63,300 bases of DNA, filler included, from Bipalium vagum (GCA_037834085.1; 3 parts of 3 records of this genome joined end to end with filler, not necessarily neighbours in it), one strand, 5' to 3'. Shown: positions 15,201 to 33,700, numbered from the whole stretch's first letter. Numbers and translations: made by a program. Notes: generated from the sequence alone by a model not told the origin.

Positions 15201-17836
15201 TAAAATTTTATTTAAAAATATTGATTTTTTTATTTTTCATAAAAATATTTGTTGATTTTTTGTTTTCCAGTGACGAAGAAACCTCGTTTCTGTCCATGGA
15301 CTGTTTTTTATTGATAAAAAATATATTTCATCTTGACTTACGTCTTCTAATAAATTTCTCATAAAAGGTACGACACCAGCAATAAAATTAAATGGTCGAT
15401 AGTTTTGGCCGTAAACTTTTTGAATGGTGTATGCGTCATCGTATCGTCGATCATGGACGCAGTCAACCTGATTGATGATTTCATGTTTCATTTCGATAAA
15501 AATATTTTCAAAATAACCTTCCGTAATTCGCCACCGTCCCATCGAATGGCGTGCATGGATCGTTCGTCTTCTGTGGAACTGAATTGTTGTCTTTTGTATT
15601 CTTTGTCTGTAATAATGTTGGAGATTTACGATTGATAATTTAGTATTGTTGAAATCATTTTCAAAATGACGGTTGTGGACTGAGTCGATAAGATCAGAGA
15701 TTATAGTAGTTGAACATTTCATTAATGGTTTTTTTAGTCAATTCATTGTTTTTGAAAATTGGTTGCGTTCGGTAACAACTTTAGAGTTAATTAGATATTA
15801 ACGTTTTATTGTTTGTCACATTTAAATTCCGCTTTAATTTAGTTATCGTGGGCAAATATAATTTCTAAGTAAATAAACAAATTTGAAGTGTATTTCATAA
15901 TGTTTAAATTTAATTAACCACAGATTTCAACATTTTACTTAGTAATTTTTCTTAAGATTAAAAAACTAAGTACATCTAATGTGCTTTAATTATATCTTCA
16001 CTATGGTACTTAGTGTTGGATAGAAAATATTTTACACCATTGTGCTTTGAATTTGTTCATTATTAATCCATATATGTCTGGTGGATTATATGCATGAGGC
16101 CGATCCTTTTGTTTAGGTTATAATACAATGTGTATTGACACTACAGTACAATAAAGTTCTAAGTTTTGAAGAGGTGAATAAGTTAATAACGATGACTTTA
16201 AATTTACATTAATAAGAATTACTTTAGAGGTTAAAGTAAAATATTATCGTAAATTGTTACGTAAAGCCTTGTGTGTATTTCACAGTTTTTAATGATTCCC
16301 GAGCAATTTTTAAAACTAAACCAAGATGATCTTCGTTATTTATTTTGTAATGCGATATTGGTACGACCCTCACACAATAATTACAAAAATATAGTTATAA
16401 ATTTATGTTGACAATAAATAATTGTGTAAAACTCACAATTGCTACACCTTAGGGCCATTTTGCTGATTTTCAACCAAATAATATATTATATGAAATATAA
16501 AAAATATTAGGTATACCCTTTTATTATATTACAAGGACCTGTACCAACGGAACCTTTTTGTAATATAAAATAATGTGCAACATGTTTGTCATTCTTATCT
16601 TATTGATAAGTTGCATAGCAATGGTGTCAACTATATATACTTATATATTCACATTTTGATGACCATTGACAACTGATGGATAACAATATTACCATTGAAT
16701 GTCATCATCACCATAACTTTGTTATTCATGGTATTCCATCTCAACAAAGTGGCAGTGAATGTGATCAGTATTTCATATAATGAAGTCAGCTTACATTTAA
16801 TGTCTCAATAATTTTACAATTATTTAATTTCAACAGTCTTCAATCGTCCTCAGTATATCTTAAGCATGTAAGTAACCTTTCAAACCGTGATCTGATGATA
16901 TCCTCTGAAGTAGTTCTTATTACTCAAACTTTTAAGAAACAATCAAAATATTATTATATTCATCTCTCTTGAAAACTTAGTTTTGCATTTTTATACTAAA
17001 GTCACCTGATTGTCATTACAGATTTGAACTGATCTTTATTAGATCATACATTCTATTTTTAATATTCTTATAAACAAAGTCAGTCAATATCAGGCAGGAT
17101 AAACATTAAAAAAATTGGGTTTCTTTAGTTGTGATAAATTAGTCTTTCAACAGTACCGAATGAAATAATAATAATAAATAAAATAATAATAATAAATAAA
17201 ATAATAATAATAAATAAAAAATAAAATAATAATAATAATTACAAGAGAATGTTGGTAACAAAAATGGAATATAGTGAGATAGATTCTTACAATTTCTGTA
17301 GAATGAAACAATAAAGTAATGAAAAAATATTATAGATGAACTCCTTTTCACTTGTAGTACCTTTGAAAGATGTCTTAAGTATTGCAAATTATGGTTTTTA
17401 ATTAAAATCGATTTCATAAAATGTTGTTGCATTATCAGGACTTACCTTTTAGAGCATGTAACCAATTTCCAGATAAAACATGCTCAATTCTAGCATAGCT
17501 TTCAAATGTTACTTCCTCATTGTCTTGTATAACAGGATGCAATTTGAAAACGGTTCTTGGATCTTTTGACTCTTTGATAAGAATAACATTGCTATCGTCG
17601 TCAACTGCAAGATACATTCGAGTAGTGGTATGTCTGAATCTGAATTGTTGATCCCATGTCAACTTATCTCCTGTTTGAGAATACCAATGTTAAAATGTTA
17701 TTTTAATGTTTTAATTAAATCATTATACCGCTAATGATACTCTTTTCAAATTCAATTTGCCAATATGTGATTGCAGAATTGGAGGATCTCAATGTTCGGG
17801 CATTTAGCTGGTCGACTTCCCGAATTCTCAAATGAA
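3229..17836 (-). CDS. Inositol 1,4,5-trisphosphate receptor-family Ca2+ release channel (divergent IP3R-like), partial: MIR and RIH regions, about 1067 aa visible
   Basis: 21 phase-consistent GT-AG exons: 17836-17729, 17670-17446, 15606-15518, 15467-15342, 12549-12232, 12177-12055, 12004-11900, 11849-11739, 11686-11609, 11562-11430, 11366-11251, 10085-9830, 8341-8187, 8128-8013, 7959-7860, 7071-6827, 6092-6025, 4107-4052, 3998-3598, 3554-3470, 3416-3229. Motifs: FRFRHTTTRMYLAV, RIEHVLSGNWLHA, RQKLLRN, RKNALYFAK, LIRDNRKIVDRI, YLELLKVLCVC, LVKFGYY, CAEGENRYIESLCQTI. No start, stop or pore domain found in the window. Confidence 0.93.
8600..9260 (-). mobile_element. Degraded DNA-transposase remnant (possibly P-element/THAP9-like C-terminus)
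   Basis: Broken reading frames such as ...HDDCHLM...LLHYSHIRCKKF, loosely resembling P-element C-terminal motifs; intronic. Confidence 0.25.
10700..10935 (+). mobile_element. pogo/Tigger transposase C-terminal remnant
   Basis: Translates to EEPIMTSLDVFNCIKRLGRYF...EKKNRQAKITDFL, a typical Tigger acidic tail plus QxKITDF motif. Confidence 0.55.
13100..14030 (-). mobile_element. pogo/Tigger (CENP-B-like) transposase remnant, internally deleted
   Basis: HTH-like pieces VDRTKISKMLK and ITEAILMEQA...RGWILSF, then an acidic C-terminus ending KKQTILLDY (ORF 13178-13378). Confidence 0.55.
14524..15273 (+). CDS. TPT1: Translationally controlled tumour protein (TCTP), 169 aa, complete
   Basis: Exons 14524-14551, 14598-14839, 14942-15178, 15271-15273 (TGA only). 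Protein MLIYKDLISGDELSSDSYPMK...IGGNKS...YIKDYMK...[39 protein letters not shown]; all introns GT-AG. Confidence 0.96.
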
Positions 17837-18454
17837 CTAAATTACAAATAATTTTAATCAAAGAAAAATGAAAGAATTTTATTTAGTGAACAAGTACCAT
17901 TCCACCGCTTTCTATTTATGAATTTAATTTTTGAATAAAGATATTTTTGCAATTTGCGTTTTTGTTTATTCGAACTACTGTCAAGCGCACTTTATTTATG
18001 CAATAATTCAAAAATGTTTATTAAGCATTTTATATTTTGCATTTGCATTTATGTTTTTATTTTTTTGCCTAATTGATTTATTTTTTATTAATCGTTAACT
18101 TAATATTTTTAATAAATAATATTATTAACATTTATCGTTACGTGGAGATTTGAGAGTATAATTACAAGCATTATAGCGAGTGTATCTGAGGAACATATAT
18201 ATGGTGAACTGTGGATGCTATTAATCGTGATCATATTGTGACTGCGTGCCAAAGGGTGTAGACCATCATTTTCGTAAGACTGTGTGATTGCTATTGACGA
18301 ATATTTTTGTGATTTTTCAAATAATATTTAAAAGAATTTATTACAGTTATTATTTATCACTTTTTCATAGTAAAAGGTAGATTTAGAAAAGAGAAAGAAA
18401 CTTATGAAATGAAACAAAGTACTTATATGCAATTCCTTGCATTTAACAAAATTA

Positions 18455-19685
18455 TGAAACAAAATAAAAAAATTGATTTCAGAAATGAAATTCTAAAATT
18501 AAGAAATGATAGAATCAGCTAGGATCAGATCTCCACCATGTTGCAATTTCCAAAGTCAACTTTTCAATCCATTTTGAATAGATATTACAGTGGTCGGAGT
18601 TGTCGGCGAAGAATAACAACTGTCAGGGAAGATCGGATTATTCAAAGATGCGTCCAAAAGAATCGGCGTGCGTCCAGGGATAAACTTTCCATACAATTAA
18701 AAAGGCAAATAACATAATTTTCTCGTCTTAAACTATCAGAAACCGGCTGAGAGAGTTAGGTTTACACGGCCGAATGATCAAGAAAAAACTTTTCAATTCT
18801 AAGAAACCTATCAAAGAAAGGGTGAAGTGGGTCAGAAAACCTCTGAGTGATCACATGAATTGAAACACAGTCATATGATCGGACGAAATCAAATTTAATG
18901 TATTTGGGAGCGATGGAAAAGTTACTGTGTTTAGAACTGTGAAAGAAGAAATGAAGGTACAGTGCCTCCGACTGACAGTTAAGAATGTGGTGGATCAGTC
19001 ATGGCATGTTGATGTTTTTCGAGCGCTGAAGAAATTACATTTCATCGATGGCAAAATCAAAAATGAAGACTATCTTAAAATTTTAAAAGAAAAATTGGTG
19101 CAAACCGACCAACAACTTGGTATGGAAAATAATTTCTAGTTTCAGCATAATAGGTATCCGAAACATACGGCGAAGATTGTGACAAAGTGGGTCAAAGATA
19201 CAAGTATTGAGGTCATGAAATGGGTTGGTCAATCACCGGATATATATGTTATTGAGAGTTTATTGGGCTACTTGAAAAGAAAGCTCAGGAAAAGAGACCT
19301 TAAAAGCATGTCTCATAGAAAAATGGAAAAAATTACTTTTGATTTTTGCAAAGAACAGGCCAAATCAATGCATAATAGATATCAAATGGTGCCTCATAGA
19401 AAAGGAAGATCAATAAAATATAAGACCTGTCAGATAAATTTAGTACTTTTTTGTTTATATGTCATAAATATAGTCGCACGAATAATTCTTGTGGTATTAA
19501 TTTCCTGAGTTTTTCAAACCTAAGTCCATAGTTATTTGAAAATATATTTATTGATCTTTATGCTATTTGATATTTATAGATTAATTTCTGTAGATGTGAT
19601 TACAATTATCTTTCAATAAGTAAGCTTTATAAATATAAATATTTTATAAATGAAGAGATGGTACGAATACTTCTTGCAGATAGTA
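18455..19685 (+). mobile_element. Tc1-family (DD34E) transposon, degenerate
   Basis: Frameshifted transposase: FPKSTFQSIL, RITTVREDRII, SDEIKFNVFGSDG, FQHNRYPKHTAK, WVGQSPDIYVIE. Probable right end near 19685; left TIR not found. Confidence 0.85.
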
Positions 19686-20920
19686 TATATTGTAATGACT
19701 ATTTTGTAAATATTAAACTAAGTTTGAAATAAAAATTTATAGTAGTGAAAATAAATAATTAAAAAAATTATAATAAATAAATAATATTTCTAGGTGTAAA
19801 TGGTTATGTGAAATTCCGATACAAAATAATATTTTTTTTTCGATTTTATTAATAAACTCATCGTAATGTTTAATAATCTTAGAATAGTCTTTAATACTGA
19901 CGTTTAAATGTACATACACAAAAAAATATTTACAAAAAGCCCTATTCCTGATAATCTACGAGCATTAATATGCAAAAATTCTACCAGAGTTATTCTATAA
20001 AGATATTTCCAGAGAAGCCAATTTAAAATACATATCTGTTACATCTGTTGTAAGATTGTACAAAGAAAATCTAGGGCTGAACCTAAAACAACAGACGAGA
20101 ATGAATAAAAAATTAAGTGAAGAACAAATTATTTTTTTGAAACCGATAGTGAATCTCATTCGAAATAGCTGTTGCATGTTGTTTTTAGCTTTACTTTTGT
20201 AACTATATAGTATATTATTTAAATTAAATGAAAGAGATCTCTATTAAGGTCAATGAGCTCCCATAAAACGCTCCGCTAATGAAAAAATTACCTTGTAAGT
20301 CTCAATTCCTAAAGAATTACATATAAAAATGACATAAGAAATATTAAATTCATAAATATTAAAAGATGAGAAAAGACTTGCAGTGATATCAATGTTCAAC
20401 CAAAATAATTGCTTAAGATTGTTTAGTTACATTGAACGAAATTAAGCCAAGTTTACAACATCATCGAAATTTCAACCTCAAAGATTAATCAAATATTGAG
20501 CAATTTTCATTGGTTAAAACGGATTACACCAATTCCAATAGGAGGAAATAGCAACGAGAATATTTTACAAAGATTTCATTATGCTGCATCATTTATGAAT
20601 CTGCATAAACAAAAGATATTACATGTATTAATCTGTTAAAAATTTAATTTGTTTTAATAAAATACTTTATTAAATCGATGAAAATTGCTACAGATTTTAA
20701 AATAATGGTTTTAGCTGAATGTGATCTAATTGTAGTTTAACTATATATTTCCAATTAGTTCTTTTTGTAGATTCTCTCAATTAATAATTTATAATTAATA
20801 AATAATGAAGGCTGATTTGTTTGTTTTTTCCTTTGATCTCGAAGTTGGATTTATTTGAGAAAATTTCCAGTTATAATCCATCGTAAAACAATTCACAAAA
20901 AATATAACAAAATAATTATC

Positions 20921-20922
<2 letters not shown>

Positions 20923-20951
<29 letters not shown>

Positions 20952-21106
20952 AAAAAAATAATAAAAAAATAATGAAAATAATAAAAATAATAATAAAAAT
21001 AATAATNNNNNNNNNNNNNNNNNNNNNNNNNNNNNNNNNNNNNNNNNNNNTTAATTAATTAANNNNNNNNNNNNNNNNNNNNNNNNNNNNNNNNNNNNNN
21101 NNNNNN

Positions 21107-21179
<73 letters not shown>
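20923..21179. repeat. (AAT)n/(ATT)n microsatellites flanking a 100-bp assembly gap with TTAATTAATTAA linker (21051-21062)
   Basis: 44 N + TTAATTAATTAA + 44 N; the linker has stop codons in all six frames. Confidence 0.95.
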
Positions 21180-21180
<1 letters not shown>

Positions 21181-21559
21181 CGTACATTTTGGTTAAGACG
21201 TTTACTTGATATCATTGGAGCAGGAGTAATACTTATTTTTAAAAATATTATTTTTAAATTTATTTTTCATTAGATTTCCATTATAAAGCTGAAAATTGTA
21301 AAATCCTATGGAAATTAATTATAAATTCCATGGCCTTGCTTCCCTGAAATATTGATTTAAAACGTTGCTTTTATAATTTTAAAATAATTATTTATTTATA
21401 TATATGAATTATTTAAAATAAAATGTACTGAAAAACTTTTGATTAGAAATTAATAAATTAAAAAAAATTAATAATAAAGAAGATCCTCTCCAATTTAAAA
21501 TAACATAAAACCAAAATGTATAATAACTAAAATCCGTTGTAGAAAAATTTTAAAAATAC

Positions 21560-21725
21560 NNNNNNNNNNNNNNNNNNNNNNNNNNNNNNNNNNNNNNNNN
21601 NNNNNNNNNNNNNNNNNNNNNNNNNNNNNNNNNNNNNNNNNNNNNNNNNNNNNNNNNNNNNNNNNNNNNNNNNNNNNNNNNNNNNNNNNNNNNNNNNNNN
21701 NNNNNNNNNNNNNNNNNNNNNNNNN
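21560..21725. other. Assembly gap (N-run)
   Basis: Run of N. Confidence 1.
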
Positions 21726-24700
21726 TTATTTTAATTTTGAATCATATTTTATTTTACCGAATGACTATCAAGTCTTCATTTTGACCGATCTCAATTTTTT
21801 AGTGTTGATATTAAAGTAATGAATATTAAATCAATAAGCAGCATGGTGATGAGTATTCCATCCTATTCAATTATGTTTTTAAGGGAAAACAGTCTGCTAT
21901 TATTATAATTGTTACTGATTGTGTTTCACGGCGCTGCTACACGAAAATAGCATAAATTACAATAGATATTTTTCTAGTAGAAGAAAATCCTTTTTTGAGA
22001 AATTCAAAGTACCTCTAAACAAATGTGTCCATTTAAAAAAAAGCAACACTTTTGCACCATCTTTTTTTTTATATTTCATTTTGGTTTTCACTTAGTTATT
22101 TCTCTCTTTTTCACCAATCTTGGGCAGCACAGAATACAACAAATACTCATAATTCACACACATACAAGGAAAACCAAGTCTTATCTGAATCTAGAATGGA
22201 GAATTCACAACTCTCTTAACATACCACTCCGTACTTAATCTGAAAATACCATATGTACAAAAAAATCCCATTGCTATATCCCTTTTTGACCTCAGGGATA
22301 TTTCCGGGTTAATGAGCGAATGAGTCAGGATAAAATTATTTGATTCATTCATTGAGGGTTACTTATTGACCCTTTATTGTTCTTACGATTTTATAAAAAT
22401 ATAGATAAATAAATAAAGGATAAAAGTAAAGATGGTTTATACGTTCTGGGTCATGGCTGTGAAGCTAGAAGCGAGGGTCCTGAGCAGATCATAAAAGTCA
22501 ATTTCTGAAGACACGGGCATTTGAAAATCTGTCGTTATTAATTTCTCTGCAGAAATGAGGAAGAAATGTGAGATTTTTCAATAAAATGGGAGAACCCATG
22601 CTCTCAAATGTTTAAAGATGAAATTTATATTGATCAAATTTTTAACCACAGGATGAGACGGTCAAAAAAACATGATCCTTAATTTTTACTTTAATTTTTA
22701 ATCTCGAATGTAAATGTTTACGTGAAATTGTGAAATAAAATTGAATGAATTTATTTGACCAGGACCATTGTCTTACTTTACTCATTTTAATTAAAAGACT
22801 CTATCGTCATCGGGCTATGAAATTCGTATAAAAATGATTCCGTAAGCAAGGTGGGTAGAACTTTGTATGAAAAATTAATTAAAATATGAATACCACGGGT
22901 GGAAAACGATTTTAAATTTTTCATTAAATATCAACAAATATATTGAGAATAAGGATATCCGCAACGAGCCTGGCTGATAAGGTTAAGGCCTTCTATTTCA
23001 TGAAAGCCAAACTGTGCCAGAAACCTCATTTCGCATGTTGAAATTCAACATGAAGACAAAAACTACAAGATAAGGAAATAAGATCGATGGGTAGTTGATA
23101 CAAATTTTAACTGGATTTGAAAGCAACACAGGTAAGCTCAATAATATTTATTCTTGATTTCACAAGAGTTCACCTTAGACCCAGAGATCAGTTTTAACAC
23201 ATTAGTGCTAGGTGTCCTTGAATACCAAAATCTAGAGCCTAATTCCAGTTGGACAATGATTGAATTTTGCAATCGATTTAATACAATACTGAACATATCG
23301 ATTTAATTTTAATAAAAATTAAATGATTGATTTAATGTTTTTAATTTAAATTTCTTCTTTGGTTTTTATTATTTCCAAATTTAAAAATCTGAGAAGGTAC
23401 ACTTTCACAGAAAATTCTGAATCTCGTTTATCTTATTTTCAAAAACAATTTCTCATATATTGGCCATTATTATAATAATTTTTTGAGATAATATTATCAT
23501 GCAAGCAGTGAAAAACAGTTTGTTAATGATTTTTCATTCTTGATTTAATGACAATAATAATTTAGTCTGTTGTTACAATGCAGTTGCAGAAGTCAAAAAT
23601 ATCTTTATATTTCATAATCGAAGATTATTACTTGAAATATCTTCAATAAACCTGTCGAAAATAATGACGACAGATAAGTGATATCACAAACATAAAGCTT
23701 AGTGAGTTAATCTTATTTTAGCATTCCCGAAAATAGATCAACATTATTGCAGAAATGCATAAAAATGAGTACTCGTTTTAACAACTAATATCCAAAATCT
23801 GTTTTAGAAATTTTGATACCAAAAAAATATTACTCTAAATCTCATTTTCTACATTAACTATAGGTTACCTAATTCACAAAAAACATGCAACTCTTGACTT
23901 TAATATTTTTATTTTATAATTTCTAATGTGTAAAAGACCTTTTTTAATTTGAAGCTTAAAATAAGCATTCTATCATCCAATATTGTCACGCCTCAAGTTA
24001 AAATAATAAAAAAATACCATATTCGATAACAAAAATCAAACTTGATTATTTATTATCTTCCTACTTAGAAATTTTGAGGCAACAGAATTTTAATAACTGA
24101 AATATTTTTATCAGCCCTCTTAATACTTAATTTTAATTATATCAAAATAAATTTTAACGTGCTAAGCTCTTGTTAATTTGAAAAAGAAACCTAGACCTAT
24201 GCACAATCAACAAGCACAAATATAAATATAGTCATGTATTTCATCTAATCACAAATTCAAAAAATAAATATATTAGTAATAATTATTTTTATCTTCGAAA
24301 TAATTGATTCTGCAAGTGTGTTAAAAAATGTTAAAGCTATCCAAGAAAGTACCATTAAGAATAACAATAATAATAAAAATAGTATTAAGATTTGATAATA
24401 ATTTCATCAGAGAGATTAATATATGCTTGCAAGCGCATATATGACATACTCCTTCATGTGCACGCACACAAGCACTCACACAGTTCAAAACAAAAAACGT
24501 CTGTACACATAAGATTCAATGGTTGTATGGTAAAATGAAAATAGCGTAAATATATATTCTATGAATAGAGAAAGGAGAGAGAGAGAACTGATATGATGAA
24601 TGCTGTCGTCGTCGTTGTCGTCGTCCTTTTTTTGGTCTTCTGCTTCTCCGTTGAGTTCAAAGCGTGTTCATGTGACAAAAACCGATTTTCAAACAGGAAG

Positions 24701-24902
24701 ACAAGCAAAGACCGTTGAAAGAGGAGAGTGGTGCAAAATAAGAGTTTCGAGAGTGATCCATACCGATACTTACTGTCACTCACCCATCCACTGACGCAGC
24801 ATTCAGTCCCGCGCAATTCGTGCCTTTAGACAAGTACAAAACAATCCCAAAGCAAAAAAACAGAACACGTCTGGTGATAAAATCTTTGTTCAAAAATAAT
24901 AA

Positions 24903-30169
<5,267 letters not shown>

Positions 30170-30739
30170 AATATTAAAATCCTTTTAAAAAATTAAATAT
30201 CGCTGAAATTAAAACTAATAATAAAAACTTTAATAAAATAACATGTATTTTAAAAAATTATTTTAAGCATGTGTTTATAATAGTAGACATATTTGTTTAC
30301 TTAAACTTTTGTTTATCTTTCCGATCATAAAAATTTGAATTTTAGTAATTTCTGTTTAATATTCATTTCCTTTAAAACTACCATTATATTCCAAAATTAA
30401 AACATTTAGAAAATTAATGTTAACTTTTACAATGTAAAAATAATTTACATTATTTAAAATTTTTGATGAATTTTTAATCAATATTTTAAAATTTTCTATA
30501 TTAAATTTTATTGAAAAATATTTATTCTCATAAAATTATCCATATATAGCAGTTATTAGTCACATTAAACTTTAAAATGTTTAAACTCAAATTTGTATTT
30601 TATAAAAAATACTTATAATTAATACGTTTAGTTAGAAATTCATGTTTAATGAATAATATCCATTACTGCATAAAAGACCTAAAAACTCACGTTTTATATT
30701 TTATTATGCATATTTATTTCATTTATAACATTTTTATAT

Positions 30740-33700
30740 TATCTTTCATTTTATTAATTTCGGTTGGAAATATAGATGACCAAAAACACAAAATTCGCAC
30801 TTGTATATGGTATGATTTTAAGCAATGAAAGACTGTCGCGAAATCATACTGAAAAAATACAACGTATACTGGGATTCGAACATACAAAATTGTATTTCAA
30901 AAACAAATTTTTCTTCCACGAACTTAATCGTATGTACATAAATGTAGGCCTAATATCGTTTTTTATATTCATTTTGGAGCAGGTCGTCATCGCAGTCGTC
31001 GAGATCTTCAGCAGCATTATCAGACTGGCATTGATTTTCATCGTCAATTTCGTGGAGTTCGGAGAAGTTAACTGATTGTTTTTCAACATCTCTGTGAAAT
31101 TTCCATTGTGCAACACTCCATTTTATATTTGAAGCGACACAGAATTTGCCGATTTTCGATATTTTGCATTTAGAAAACTGGAAACTTTTCAGTATTTCCT
31201 CATTTCGTTTATGCCTTGATCCAAGGCAGCCGACTGTGAAGGTGTCTAGTAGAACAGTCCAATCTGACAGGGCTTTCTTGGTCTGGTCGAGAAGATCTTG
31301 ATAGTGAATGAGATTCTTCTCATAGTGCCAGTTTTGTTGAATTGACGTATTGACTTTCATCATTTCTTTAATTTTTTTGACCAGATAATCTTGGATCGAA
31401 TTATGCCGGCAGTTTTATAATATTTTGGATGGAATGCAATGTCTCATTTTGCTCATTACATCTTCGGCATCCACGGAATTTAAGCCATGATGAGCATTGA
31501 TCTGAATTGAGTAAGATCTAGTTCGGTGAATGAAATACCAAGCTGCGATCCAGGAGCTCTTGCATATGTTGATGACTTGTGGTCTAAAAAACAACATCAT
31601 CTGCATAAGCAAGTGCGCTCAACACGTGATTGAGACTGTTTAATATTTGGTTCATTCCAACATTAAACAACCACATAAATAAGGGGCATCCATGCCGAAC
31701 ACCCACTTTAATTTTAATCACTTTAATTAACTTAATAACTTTAATTTTTAATCACTTTAATTTTAATAAAGTATGACTAACAATTACTGTACAGGGGTTC
31801 AATCAATCGACGAGATTGAGAGCCAACTCCCATTTTTCGAAGACAACCGGTTATGAAAAAGATATCAATGCTGCCGAAAGCATCAGCAACATCCAGAAAA
31901 GTATTATGCAAAAAGAATATGTAAAAGATTATTATTATTATTAGGCCAACCAAAAAGCTGTTTAGTCAGAGCAGAAGCAAATAATTTACAGGAACAATTA
32001 AGTGAAGCTATTGGACGCCAAGAATTAATATCGTGAGATTGTCCGGTTTTCATGGGCATTGGAATAATATGTTGAGAATGACTTCCATATGGAAGGAATA
32101 GAGGAAAGGATCACAATATTTTATATCAGAATATGTGATATTACTAGGAGCCGAATTTTTACATCAGAATAGATGCGATGAAAATCAAACTGTGGACCTT
32201 GTTTAAAAAATTATTGTCAGCAAATTTTGACCAGTCTTAAGCAGTAAGAAATACAGATTTTTGACTGTAATACTCGATTACATCATCGGGTGATGGAGTG
32301 CAATTAGCTACAGTTTTATTAACAATGATCTTAAAAGCAGTTGATGGAGAAAATCGGTAAACTTTTCTTAGATTCAGATCAGTGGTTGATCTTTGACCTG
32401 AAGATTTACCAAGAAATAAATTATTTTTCTTAATCTGTCTCAACTCGTATATGTAGTTGACAATTTTTTAATCAAAATCCTAGTTATACAAATTTTGTTC
32501 AAAAAAACAAAAACAAGACTTGCAGCCATTGATATACAAGAAACGAAAGTATTTTGTGGTGACACAAAGATACGAATTGGCTTTAATGTCTTCGATTTAG
32601 AAAATGATTTTAAAATACGGTTAGCTTTTTCTCGAATTTTGTAACAATTAATATTTGTTCAGTATTTTGTGTATCAAAGTTAAACCTCACTCCTACTCTT
32701 AGATGGTGCAAAAATAACAATCAGTAAAGCAATAAGTTGTATTTATACCATACAAACACAAAATACAGAGTAATAATAAAAGTAGGGGATCACAATTTTA
32801 ATGTTTGAAATGTCTCACATCCTCTCGATTCAAACAACGTCTCAAATAAAAAAATAATTATTGAATAACCGAACAACAATAATGTCAAAATCTAATAAAA
32901 AAGAAATCAAGTATAATGACTTAATTGAATAATACTTAAAATAATTACTTTAAAGAAAACAAAAGGAAAGATCTTACGACTTGTCTTCTTACAAAACTCC
33001 CGAATTATCGTCTGAGCCCTAACGGCTGCTCACCGATAACCCGCTGATGGGGAATTTTAAGAAAATTTCCAGCGCTGTAATATACATTAAAATACTTGAT
33101 ACAAATGATGATCAATAGTCTTCTCCTTGTGTGACGAATATCTTCTGTAAATCGAACAATGATCTACTTTTCGTAAATTGAATAATAATTTTCTTTCGTA
33201 AGTCAAACAGTAACTATAAGCTTATTTCGCACGTTATCAAAGAAATTACGAGTACCCAGTAATTTTCATTGTGAAAGAACGGACAAAAACCCATTTCCTA
33301 TCTTTGAACATTTTAAAAGTGATGTAATTGCTAAAAAGTTAAATCATCATTGACCAATGCCTTACTAATCAATGGTTTAAGAACAAGAACTTCTTTACAT
33401 TCAAAATAGTAAGAGTAATAGACAATCAAATAATCATCTTTAAGAAACAAAAGATAAGAAAGATCGTTCAAAGCATTTGAAAACGAAAGCGGATTTGTAC
33501 AAGTTGGAACTTTATTGAAATTTTCATCATCATTATAATTTACGTTATCTATATTACCACTACCAGAAAGATGGGACACCGCATTGAGAGAAATCTGAAT
33601 TTTGAAAGCTTTTTCCTGATTATACTAATAAATCTTCAAGAGATAACTAAATTATCAGCTTCAAAATCTTTATTGATCAATTTAAAAAAATGCAACAATA

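Noticed and set aside
15237-15722. 161-aa ORF as an independent gene antisense to TCTP
   Set aside because: It is a chance read-through covering two IP3R-like exons (15606-15518 in another frame, 15467-15342 in frame) and intron sequence.
21051-21062. TTAATTAATTAA palindrome as a biological motif (also 46094-46105)
   Set aside because: It is centred in identical 100-bp N blocks, so it is an artificial six-frame-stop scaffold linker.
30860-30890. tRNA gene or tRNA target site (GTTCGAATCCC on the - strand) at the retroelement 3' end
   Set aside because: No T-stem, A-box or cloverleaf around the motif.
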